A stretch of 64,000 nt of DNA from Candidatus Zixiibacteriota bacterium (lineage in GTDB: Bacteria; Zixibacteria; MSB-5A5; GN15; FEB-12). The DNA lies in NCBI GenBank assembly GCA_035380245.1, contig DAOSXA010000003.1:486926-550925 (forward strand). Reading direction: 5' to 3'. Of the stretch, positions 53,169 to 60,865 are shown in pieces. Numbering within the stretch: position 1 is the first letter of the stretch; each line of letters opens with the position of its first letter. The notes under the pieces are model-generated. The model was not told the DNA's origin. It made no database searches and saw only the letters and a program-made list of their open reading frames with translations. The position numbers and the translations under genes are program-made.

Positions 53169-53402
53169 CTAGTACTCGTAGAGTTCGTAAACCAGGCCGT
53201 TGCTGTGCACCGTGATTGCCACATCGGGGCAGGTCAGGGCGCAGATACGACAGCCGATGCATCGCGATGGATCATGAACTTTGGCGTAAAAGTAACCCCG
53301 CACCGTTATCTCTTTGGACATCGAGATAATTTTCTGAGGGCAGGCTTTTACGCATAACTCACAACCTTTGCAATGGTTCTTGTCTATGGTTATTCCCGGC
53401 AT
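53169..53402 (-). CDS. 2-oxoacid:ferredoxin oxidoreductase, delta (2x[4Fe-4S] ferredoxin) subunit
   Basis: CKGCELCVKACP and CIGCRICALTCP; about 77 aa. The ATG at 53402 follows GAGGTG (6 nt). Confidence 0.85.
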   Translation of the reverse strand: MPGITIDKNHCKGCELCVKACPQKIISMSKEITVRGYFYAKVHDPSRCIGCRICALTCPDVAITVHSNGLVYELYEY

Positions 53403-53425
53403 TAACGGCACCTCTATCTATTTAG

Positions 53426-54160
53426 CTAAGTGCTGTTCCGTGTGGATTGCTCCCAAGGCTTGAGCAGTTGGCGCTCAAGCGGCAGAACAGCCGTGTCAAA
53501 AGCTTCAGTGTTTATTTTCTTAAGTACATTTGCCAAAGCAGCAATAAAACTAACCTCGACTCCGGCCTCACGGGCGACTTCGATCGAGAGGCGATATCCG
53601 CGTTCAATCATTTCGGCGTCGGTCTGTTCGAGCAGATGAGTGTTTGAAATAATCCCGGTGAAACGGAGTTTGGAGGAGGCTTCAATTTTGGCGATCATTT
53701 GCAGGGAAGAACGAAGGTCGGATGTGAACGGGCGGTTGGCGTTAAGCACCAGCAGCATCTCATAACTGCCGGGAGTGAAAGCATCGTTCAGCGAACTGAG
53801 AACGCGTGCTCCGACATCGTCACCACCCACATCCAGAATGAGGTAGCCTTCGTGTTTTTGTATCGATCCCTTTACTTCCGGAAGAATAATCGGCAGTTCC
53901 GAGTGAAACTGCTCACCGGTCGGATTGATCGAACGAACTCCCAGCGCCTCTAATTGTTTGGTGGCTTCTCGGGATCGGAAGTAGGGATTTACAATATCAA
54001 GATCGGCGATGGCTACCGGCTTCGATTGACTGCGAGCCAGGAAAGCAGCCAGATTCACCGAGACTTCCGATTTACCGCTGCCGTAACCGCCGACAATGAT
54101 CAGAATCGGCCGTGTGAATGCGGGCATACGATATTTGCGGTTGGTACGGTCCGATGACAT
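53426..54160 (-). CDS. P-loop NTPase of unknown function, first gene of the OFOR operon
   Basis: Walker A GGYGSGKSE, Walker-B-like YLILDVGGDD; 244 aa with a MinD/CooC-like layout. No closer assignment possible by eye. Confidence 0.45.
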   Translation of the reverse strand: MSSDRTNRKYRMPAFTRPILIIVGGYGSGKSEVSVNLAAFLARSQSKPVAIADLDIVNPYFRSREATKQLEALGVRSINPTGEQFHSELPIILPEVKGSIQKHEGYLILDVGGDDVGARVLSSLNDAFTPGSYEMLLVLNANRPFTSDLRSSLQMIAKIEASSKLRFTGIISNTHLLEQTDAEMIERGYRLSIEVAREAGVEVSFIAALANVLKKINTEAFDTAVLPLERQLLKPWEQSTRNST

Positions 54161-54263
54161 CTGTGCTTGCTCCCGACTCCTATTACAAACGGTATCAACG
54201 GATTAGGATACCGTAATGTGGAGTGTTCCGGTCTGTAAAATCCTACAAAACCAGTCCTGTTAG

Positions 54264-54292
54264 AATATCGTAACCGCGTACCCTGAAGTCAA
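54264..54292 (-). promoter_or_regulatory. Candidate promoter of the P-loop/OFOR/Nuo-like operon
   Basis: The minus strand reads TTGACT (54292-54287), 17-nt spacer, GATATT (54269-54264). Confidence 0.4.
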
Positions 54293-54327
54293 GTATCTAT
54301 GTGAAAATAATAACGTTTATATTCGGT

Positions 54328-54356
54328 TTGACGGCTCCTGTTCGATTGACTATATT
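54328..54356 (+). promoter_or_regulatory. Candidate divergent promoter for the lipoprotein / citryl-CoA-lyase-like genes
   Basis: TTGACG (54328-54333), 17-nt spacer, TATATT (54351-54356), 19 nt before the ATG at 54375. Confidence 0.45.
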
Positions 54357-54374
54357 GTGACCCGATATTGATTT

Positions 54375-55238
54375 ATGGCGATCAAACGACGGGACTGTGA
54401 TAGTTCCGCAAACCTATGTTGGGTATTTTTGCTAAATCGTAGAATCCTGATTATCGCTCTGTTTTGCCTCCTATCGTTGATGGTGTTGGTATTTGCCGGT
54501 TGCTCCGGTTCGAATAACGCCGGCGAGGGGGTTGAAAACAACAAATACGACGGCTGGAAAACCGCTTCTTATGAGAATGTCAAGGTGATCTATCCGCCCG
54601 GTCATCTTCATGCCGACAAGATGCAGGAGTACGCTCGTTTGTATCGTCGGCAGGTTGAAATGGACTGCCAGGTGCTGACATTGCCGATACCGGCCGAGAC
54701 GCTGGTGGTTTATCATTACACCGGATTCGGTCAGGGGCGAGAGATGACCGGACATGAATATCCATACGCAGAGGATACGGTTATTCACTTCTGGCTACCG
54801 AGCTATCGCGGCACCACCGTCATGCAGTACGTTCTGCAGCATTGGATCAACAAGGAACCGCAGTACAAATTTCTCAAACATGGTCTATTGGCCATGCTTG
54901 ATGCTTCCGGTCAGAACTACCATCAGATGACCTGGGACCTCTATCAGAAAGGGGAACTGGAGTCTTTGGCGGAACTGGCCGTTGATTCCACGGTCGACTC
55001 GAATCTGGAACGCAAACAGACTGCTGAGGGAGCCTCGTTTGTTGACTTTATGCTCGTTCAATATGGACCCAAGGGGCTTGGTTTGCTCTATCGCGCCGAA
55101 TCGCCGATCGAGATAGTCGTGCCCGGTGTCCTGGAGATCGAACTTGACAGCCTTCAAACCAACTGGCTCAACTTTGTCAAAAAAGTCGTGAGCGGGCAAT
55201 ATCAGCTCCCAAGTTCCGATTCGACCGATGGTAACTAA
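54375..55238 (+). CDS. Hypothetical lipoprotein
   Basis: Signal peptide with lipobox (LSLMVLVFAGCSG). No recognisable catalytic motif. An alternative TTG start at 54429 gives a more canonical signal peptide. Confidence 0.5.
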   Translation: MAIKRRDCDSSANLCWVFLLNRRILIIALFCLLSLMVLVFAGCSGSNNAGEGVENNKYDGWKTASYENVKVIYPPGHLHADKMQEYARLYRRQVEMDCQVLTLPIPAETLVVYHYTGFGQGREMTGHEYPYAEDTVIHFWLPSYRGTTVMQYVLQHWINKEPQYKFLKHGLLAMLDASGQNYHQMTWDLYQKGELESLAELAVDSTVDSNLERKQTAEGASFVDFMLVQYGPKGLGLLYRAESPIEIVVPGVLEIELDSLQTNWLNFVKKVVSGQYQLPSSDSTDGN

Positions 55239-55261
55239 CCTTATTTTCGGGAACGTAAGCA

Positions 55262-56026
55262 ATGGCTGACGAGAAATGGAAGACCGGGATAACCGATATC
55301 GGACCCGGCAAGATCCGCGTCAAGGGCTACTCCATAACCGATATCATGGAGCATTTGTCCTACGCCGAAGCTGTTTATTTGATTCTAAAGGGTGAACGTC
55401 CGTCCGAGGCCGAGGCGGCTCTTATGAATGCGATTCTGGTGGCCTCGATCGATCATGGGGCGTCACCGCCGTCGGTGCTGGGCACGCGCACGGTGATGTC
55501 CGGCGGCAATTCACTCAACGCGGCGATTGCCGGGGGCGTACTCGTCATCGGCGATACTCATGGCGGAGCGATCGAACAGTCGGCCCGCATTATGCAGGAA
55601 TGGGCCGCCAAAGAAGGCGATCCAACCGCTTTAGCCGGACAGATTGTCGACTGGCTCAAAGAAAGCAAGCGACGCATGCCCGGTTTCGGTCATCGTCTGC
55701 ACAAGGTCGACCCGCGTACCGGGAAGCTGTTCGAGATTGCCGAGCGTTATGGTTATCACGGCCGTCATATTGATCTCTGCAAAGCAATCGAAAAAGCTCT
55801 CGCTGAGAAAACGGGGAAAGAACTCCCGATCAATGTCGACGGTGCTATCGCTGCGGTTATTTCCGATATGGGCTTTGACTGGCGACTGGGCAAGGGATTT
55901 TTCATTATCTCACGAGTACCCGGTTTACTGGCGCATGCCTATGAAGAAATGACCCGCGAGAAGCCGATGCGCAAACTCGGGCCGTTACCGTACGAATACG
56001 ATGGTCCCGGCGAACGCGAGTTATAG
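55262..56026 (+). CDS. Citrate-synthase-family small protein, citryl-CoA-lyase-like
   Basis: At 254 aa it is too short for citrate synthase. It carries the family catalytic motif GFGHRLHKVDPR plus DHGASPPS and GLLAHAYEE. The size and motifs match stand-alone citryl-CoA lyase or the C-terminal domain of ATP-citrate lyase. Confidence 0.6.
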   Translation: MADEKWKTGITDIGPGKIRVKGYSITDIMEHLSYAEAVYLILKGERPSEAEAALMNAILVASIDHGASPPSVLGTRTVMSGGNSLNAAIAGGVLVIGDTHGGAIEQSARIMQEWAAKEGDPTALAGQIVDWLKESKRRMPGFGHRLHKVDPRTGKLFEIAERYGYHGRHIDLCKAIEKALAEKTGKELPINVDGAIAAVISDMGFDWRLGKGFFIISRVPGLLAHAYEEMTREKPMRKLGPLPYEYDGPGEREL

Positions 56027-56052
56027 CCGTTTCGAGATCGAAAAGAAACAAT

Positions 56053-56081
56053 AAGGGCGAGTCCGGGACTCGCCCTTTTTG
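56053..56081. terminator. Rho-independent terminator between convergent genes
   Basis: GGGCGAGTC (56055-56063), loop CGG, GACTCGCCC (56067-56075), then T5. Confidence 0.8.
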
Positions 56082-56085
56082 TCTG

Positions 56086-56511
56086 CTACACTGCCGTAGT
56101 TTTCCGACGAGTCAGGTCGATTTGTCCCGAGGTCGGGATATCGATTGACGAGGCATTACCCGAGAAAGCCATCACTCCTAAAGCGACTAAATTCAGGAAG
56201 GGGACCAATACCAGCAAGCCCCAGACATTGCTGTATCCGGCGGCCCGAGCTATTTCCATCCAGATGATGGCATAAGCGGCGATATTGATGATCGGGATTA
56301 AGGTGAGCACCAGCCACCACCATTCTTTGCCGGCCATTTCGACCATCAGAACCCATTGCAGCACGGGAACGAACGACCACCAGGCTTTCTCTTTGCAGCC
56401 GACCTTCTGAGCTATTTTATATTGGGTGAAGGCGAAGTACAAATAGAGGCCGAGGCAAAACAGCCAGAAAAAAGCACCTATGCCGCCGCTGTTATAAGCA
56501 GTCTCGTACAT
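56086..56511 (-). CDS. Small Trp-rich integral membrane protein
   Basis: About 141 aa, 4 TM (WWSFVPVLQWVLMVEMAGKEWWWLVLTLIPIINI). The start at 56511 follows AAGGAGGA (4 nt). Confidence 0.55.
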   Translation of the reverse strand: MYETAYNSGGIGAFFWLFCLGLYLYFAFTQYKIAQKVGCKEKAWWSFVPVLQWVLMVEMAGKEWWWLVLTLIPIINIAAYAIIWMEIARAAGYSNVWGLLVLVPFLNLVALGVMAFSGNASSIDIPTSGQIDLTRRKTTAV

Positions 56512-56676
56512 CTTATCCTCCTTGGGGGTAAAACCGGGCGCAATGTAGCCCGTATCTGACATCTAGATCGGTCGAGATGAGGCTAAACCTATGTCCTATC
56601 TTGGGACATTCTTCGGTTTGTTTTTCAACGCCTGATAAACCTTGTTTTGCCTTATGGGGAGCGATATCATGGCCCC

Positions 56677-57846
56677 ATGGCGTTGACTTGTGCAAAAACG
56701 GAACAGGTCCGGGGCCTTCTGGAGGAACTGGATCTGGATCTTTGGCTGGTGGCGGTGAGAGAAACGCCGGTCATGGCTGATCCGGTCATTCCCCTGGTGA
56801 TAGGTTGCCAGTTGACCTGGGAATCGTTTTTTGCTTTTTGTCGTAATGGCCATAACGTGGCCCTGGTCGGCAACTTCGACGTCGAAAACCTCAAGCGACA
56901 TGAAGGCTTCGACGATGTCCGCGCTTACACGGCCGGAGTCGGCGAAGACCTTCGTCGGTTGCTCCGAGAAATCGACCCGACACAGATCGCGTTGAACTAT
57001 TCACCCGACGATCCCAGCGCCGATGGTCTCACTCACGGCATGTTTCTTCAGTTGCATCGATATCTCGGAGCGACACCTTACGTTGATCGTTTCGTATCGG
57101 CTGAGAAGCTCTGTGGCAAGTTGCGCTCCCGTAAATTGCCCGAAGAAATTGCTCGTATCGTCAAGGCCGCCGACCTTTCCCTTGAGGCCTGGAATCGGTT
57201 GTGTCACCGTCTGAGGACCGGTCAAAGCGAGCGGGAAGTGGGAGCGATGCTCGATGGTCTGATTTCTGAGTCAGGCGGATGCAATTCTTTCCCGACTATC
57301 GTCAACGCCGGCGACAAGAGTGCTCCCGGTCACGGTTTGCCGACCGATGCCCGACTGTCGGGCGGAGACCTGTTACACGTTGATTTCGGTGTGCGCCTGA
57401 ACGACTATTGCAGCGATCTTCAGCGGCTGGTCTATTTTCGTCGTTCCAACGAAGCGACACCTCCGCCTGAGTTGATCGAGGCCTTCAATCAGGTGCGTGA
57501 TATTATTACCGAAACCGCTCGGTTGTGTCGTCCCGGTATCAAGGGCTTTGAGATCGACGATGTCGCCCGTCGTATGCTCAGCGATAACGGTTACGAGGAA
57601 TACCAGCATGCCCTGGGCCATCAACTGGGTCGTTCGGTTCACGACGGCGGGGGATTGATCGGTCCGATGTGGGAGAGATACGGCGAAGCACCGCTCGTTC
57701 CGCTGGAATCAGGTAACGTATTCACGCTGGAATTGGAAATCATTTTGCCCGGCATTGGCTGTGTCGGCCTTGAAGAGGATGTCGTCGTTGAAGAGACCGG
57801 AGGGAGGTTCCTTTGCCCGCGACAGATGGAGTTGCATGTGCTATGA
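56677..57846 (+). CDS. M24-family metallopeptidase (Xaa-Pro aminopeptidase / creatinase fold)
   Basis: Pita-bread metal ligands occur in order: LLHVDFG, DYCSDLQR, HALGHQLG, FTLELE, VGLEEDVVV. The ATG at 56677 is preferred over the TTG at 56647. Confidence 0.8.
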   Translation: MALTCAKTEQVRGLLEELDLDLWLVAVRETPVMADPVIPLVIGCQLTWESFFAFCRNGHNVALVGNFDVENLKRHEGFDDVRAYTAGVGEDLRRLLREIDPTQIALNYSPDDPSADGLTHGMFLQLHRYLGATPYVDRFVSAEKLCGKLRSRKLPEEIARIVKAADLSLEAWNRLCHRLRTGQSEREVGAMLDGLISESGGCNSFPTIVNAGDKSAPGHGLPTDARLSGGDLLHVDFGVRLNDYCSDLQRLVYFRRSNEATPPPELIEAFNQVRDIITETARLCRPGIKGFEIDDVARRMLSDNGYEEYQHALGHQLGRSVHDGGGLIGPMWERYGEAPLVPLESGNVFTLELEIILPGIGCVGLEEDVVVEETGGRFLCPRQMELHVL

Positions 57847-58688
57847 AGAAGATTATCGTTTTATCAATACTGTCGATCGTGTCTCTTGGCCTGTGGCATT
57901 GCGGTCCGCCTCAATCTGCGGAGGAGGTCAGCCCCTACGCTGCCTGCTACCCGTACGATCTCCAAACGGCGGTCAACGACGGCAGCATTACCGTGATGTG
58001 GAGATCTCAGTATAATCGCAACATCAGCGGATACAACATCTATATCAGCGATGATCCGGTAGCCGCCAATTATCCCGGGACCGATTTACCGTCGTTGATT
58101 AAGCCGTTCAATCATACCGTTTATGCCGGTGATACCGATCCCTCCGACAGTGTCGAACATTTTGAAGCCGCCGGTCTCGAAAACGGCAAGCCTTACTACG
58201 TTTCGGTTCGAATCGTTTTCCCGGATCGTTCGGTTTCCAAACCGACGAAAGAAAAACGAGTGATCTGTGGACCCCAGGGAGAAATCGAGTTGTCCATTCG
58301 CTATGCCGGTGAGCATGACGGTTTTTCATTCGAGTCAAATACTTATATCCCGGCCGGTGATGTTGACAACGACCTGTATTTCTTCAGCAAGGACGGCCAT
58401 GATTATCTTGCCTCTCCCAGCCATCTCGATGCTTTTCTCAGTTACAGCAAACTGAAATCGGTCGGCGAAGGCGGCGACCTCGATCAAGTGACCGAACGTC
58501 TGCCAAAGATCAGTTCCCGCCCGGTAGATGACCGTATTGAGGTCAAGGTGAATCAATGGGTCTGGATCGTCACCGGCGAAGGCAACAACGCCCTGGTGAA
58601 AGTTCTGGATATAAGCGGATCGGGCAAGGAGCGTCGTATCAAGCTGTTTTATGCTTTTACGCCGTCCCGTGAACTGCCCGTGTTTTAG
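57843..58688 (+). CDS. Exported hypothetical protein with an Fn3-like segment
   Basis: Signal peptide MKKIIVLSILSIVSLGLWHCG. GSITVMWRS..ISGYNIYISD..GKPYYVSVRIV is Fn3-like. ATGA overlap with the M24 gene. Confidence 0.5.
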   Translation: MKKIIVLSILSIVSLGLWHCGPPQSAEEVSPYAACYPYDLQTAVNDGSITVMWRSQYNRNISGYNIYISDDPVAANYPGTDLPSLIKPFNHTVYAGDTDPSDSVEHFEAAGLENGKPYYVSVRIVFPDRSVSKPTKEKRVICGPQGEIELSIRYAGEHDGFSFESNTYIPAGDVDNDLYFFSKDGHDYLASPSHLDAFLSYSKLKSVGEGGDLDQVTERLPKISSRPVDDRIEVKVNQWVWIVTGEGNNALVKVLDISGSGKERRIKLFYAFTPSRELPVF

Positions 58689-58712
58689 TTTCATGCCGGG
58701 GGAGAAGGTTTA

Positions 58713-59597
58713 ATGCGACAACGACTCGAAGTCGATTTCAATACACCCATGATCCTCGACGGCGGCACCGGGACGGAACTGACCCGTCGAGGCTGGACAA
58801 TCGGTTCCTGCCTCGAAAGCTGGGCAATCGATCATACCGGTATCGTCACCGAGGTGCAACGAGGTTTTATCGAAGCCGGCGCCGGAGTGCTCCTGACCTG
58901 TACGTTCGGTGCTAATAGATTCCGCCTTGGTGCTTATGGTCAGTCCGATCAGGTGGCTGTCTGTAATCGGCAATTGGCTGAAGTAGCCTTGCAATCGGCG
59001 AAAACAACCGACACCGTAATAGCGGGAGATATCGGCCCTACGGGCGAACGGTATGAGACCATGGCCGATGACGGTTTCGTGGCCGTTTCAAAGGCATTTC
59101 AGGAACAAGCGGAAGCTCTTATCACTTCCGGAGTCGACCTTCTGTTTATCGAAACGATGGTTTCGTTGGGTGAAGCCCAGGCCGCCCTTCGCGGTTGTCG
59201 AAAAGCGATTGATATCCTGGGTATGTCTGTCCCCATAGCTGTTTGTCTGGTGTTCGGTGATGATCTCGTTACGCTTGACCAGGCCGACCCGGAGGAGGTT
59301 TTTTCCATTTTGAGCGAGGAAGGCGCCGATGCTGTCGGTTGTAACTGTACGCCTACCGGGGAGAAAATGATTGAGATCATCCGGCGGTTTCGAGCAAGCG
59401 GTGACCTGCCGCTTATCGCCAAGCCCTCCGCGGGATTACCTGAGGTAATAGACGGTGTTGCGCACTATCCTGTCAGTCCCGAGCAGTTTGCTAATGATGG
59501 CCTGGGTCTGCGCGCTGCCGGAGCAACGTGGGTCGGCGGTTGCTGCGGGGCATCGCCTGACCATATTCGAGCTCTGTCGACAGCGCTAAACCGGTAA
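58713..59597 (+). CDS. Homocysteine S-methyltransferase-domain protein (stand-alone)
   Basis: ILDGGTGTEL N-terminal motif. Zinc-ligand cysteines in GCNCTP and GGCCGASPDHI. 294 aa, with no cobalamin-binding domain. Confidence 0.8.
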   Translation: MRQRLEVDFNTPMILDGGTGTELTRRGWTIGSCLESWAIDHTGIVTEVQRGFIEAGAGVLLTCTFGANRFRLGAYGQSDQVAVCNRQLAEVALQSAKTTDTVIAGDIGPTGERYETMADDGFVAVSKAFQEQAEALITSGVDLLFIETMVSLGEAQAALRGCRKAIDILGMSVPIAVCLVFGDDLVTLDQADPEEVFSILSEEGADAVGCNCTPTGEKMIEIIRRFRASGDLPLIAKPSAGLPEVIDGVAHYPVSPEQFANDGLGLRAAGATWVGGCCGASPDHIRALSTALNR

Positions 59598-59804
59598 CTT
59601 ACTTTCTAAGTAAGTTTAAAATACCCCCATCTGCAATGCAAACAACTTACATGTCTAATGATAGAGTTCTTCTCGGCCGGATAAATAATCTCATCGGGCC
59701 GGGGAGTCTAATGACATATGTTACAAATGCCGATATTCATAGAATAATGCAGCATAACTATTTGTTGACCTAAATGAAAGATTGACTCACGTTTAGCTTG
59801 ACCA

Positions 59805-60800
59805 TTGGAATTAGTAATATCAGGGGATAAACTTTTGGCCTTTAGCAAAGATGCTCTCAAGATTGACGCTGCCCGGATGTTCGAGGAACTCAGTCGGACG
59901 GTAGTCTCACAGATCAGTGATAAGCTTAAAAAAACAGGCGCCGTGATCGGTATTTCGGGGGGAATAGATTCTTCGGTCTGCGCCGCCCTTTGTGCTCGTG
60001 CTCTCGGACCGGAACGAGTCATTGGCATTATGATGCCTGAAAAGGATTCTTCGCCGGAGTCGGCCCAACTGGCCGGTATGCTGGCCGACAAATTCGGGTT
60101 CGAGACCGTGACCGAATGCATCACCGACGGACTCGACGGAATGGGTTGTTATCGACGGCGCGATGAGGCTATCAGGACGATTTTCCCGGAATACGATTCC
60201 TCGTACAAAATGAAAATCATCAATCCGGGAAGCATCACCGATAAGCGGTCTTATAATTTCTTCCAGGTCAGTATCGAAGATCCCCAGGGCAAGCAACAAG
60301 TCAAGCGGATGCCGCTTAAGGCCTATCTTCAGGTTGTGGCTGCTTCCAACCTGAAACAGCGACTGCGTATGACCACTCTTTACTACCATGCCGAAAAGCG
60401 CAACTGGGCGGTAGTGGGGACAGGTAACAAGGATGAACACGAGCAGGGATTTTTTGTCAAATACGGCGACGGCGGGGCCGATCTGAAACCGATCGCTCAC
60501 TTGTTCAAAGTTCAGGTCTATCAGTTGGCCGAATATCTTGGCGTTCCGCAGGAGATTATCGAGCGTCAGCCGACCACCGACACTTACAGCGCCGAAGTTA
60601 CCCAGGAAGAATTTTTCTTCGGGTTGGATTTTTATCACATGGACATGCTCTGGTATGCGATGGAGAACGATATCGCTCCCTCGGAAGTCGCACCGGTACT
60701 CGGCTTGACCGAAGAGCAGGTTGAACGCGGTTATCAGAATATCCAGCGGAAAATTACCGCCACGGAATATCTTCGCATGCCCCCGCTGGAGGTAGTGTGA
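59805..60800 (+). CDS. nadE: NAD+ synthetase (PP-loop ATP pyrophosphatase)
   Basis: GISGGIDSSV PP-loop, and the VVGTGNKDEHEQGFFVKYGDGGADLKPI signature. TTG start at 59805 (an ATG at 59877 would truncate conserved N-terminal residues). Confidence 0.85.
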   Translation: MELVISGDKLLAFSKDALKIDAARMFEELSRTVVSQISDKLKKTGAVIGISGGIDSSVCAALCARALGPERVIGIMMPEKDSSPESAQLAGMLADKFGFETVTECITDGLDGMGCYRRRDEAIRTIFPEYDSSYKMKIINPGSITDKRSYNFFQVSIEDPQGKQQVKRMPLKAYLQVVAASNLKQRLRMTTLYYHAEKRNWAVVGTGNKDEHEQGFFVKYGDGGADLKPIAHLFKVQVYQLAEYLGVPQEIIERQPTTDTYSAEVTQEEFFFGLDFYHMDMLWYAMENDIAPSEVAPVLGLTEEQVERGYQNIQRKITATEYLRMPPLEVV

Positions 60801-60865
60801 GCGGAAATCTTTTTATAATCCACCAGTTTTCCGGCTTTTCATGGAGTAACAGAGGATAGGGAGTC

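Noticed and set aside
59596-59616. Perfect 9-bp AT-rich hairpin (AACTTACTT-TCT-AAGTAAGTT) overlapping the methyltransferase stop codon
   Set aside because: It could be a terminator, but it is followed by TAAAATACCCCC rather than a U-tract and the stem is entirely weak pairs. That is not enough to call.
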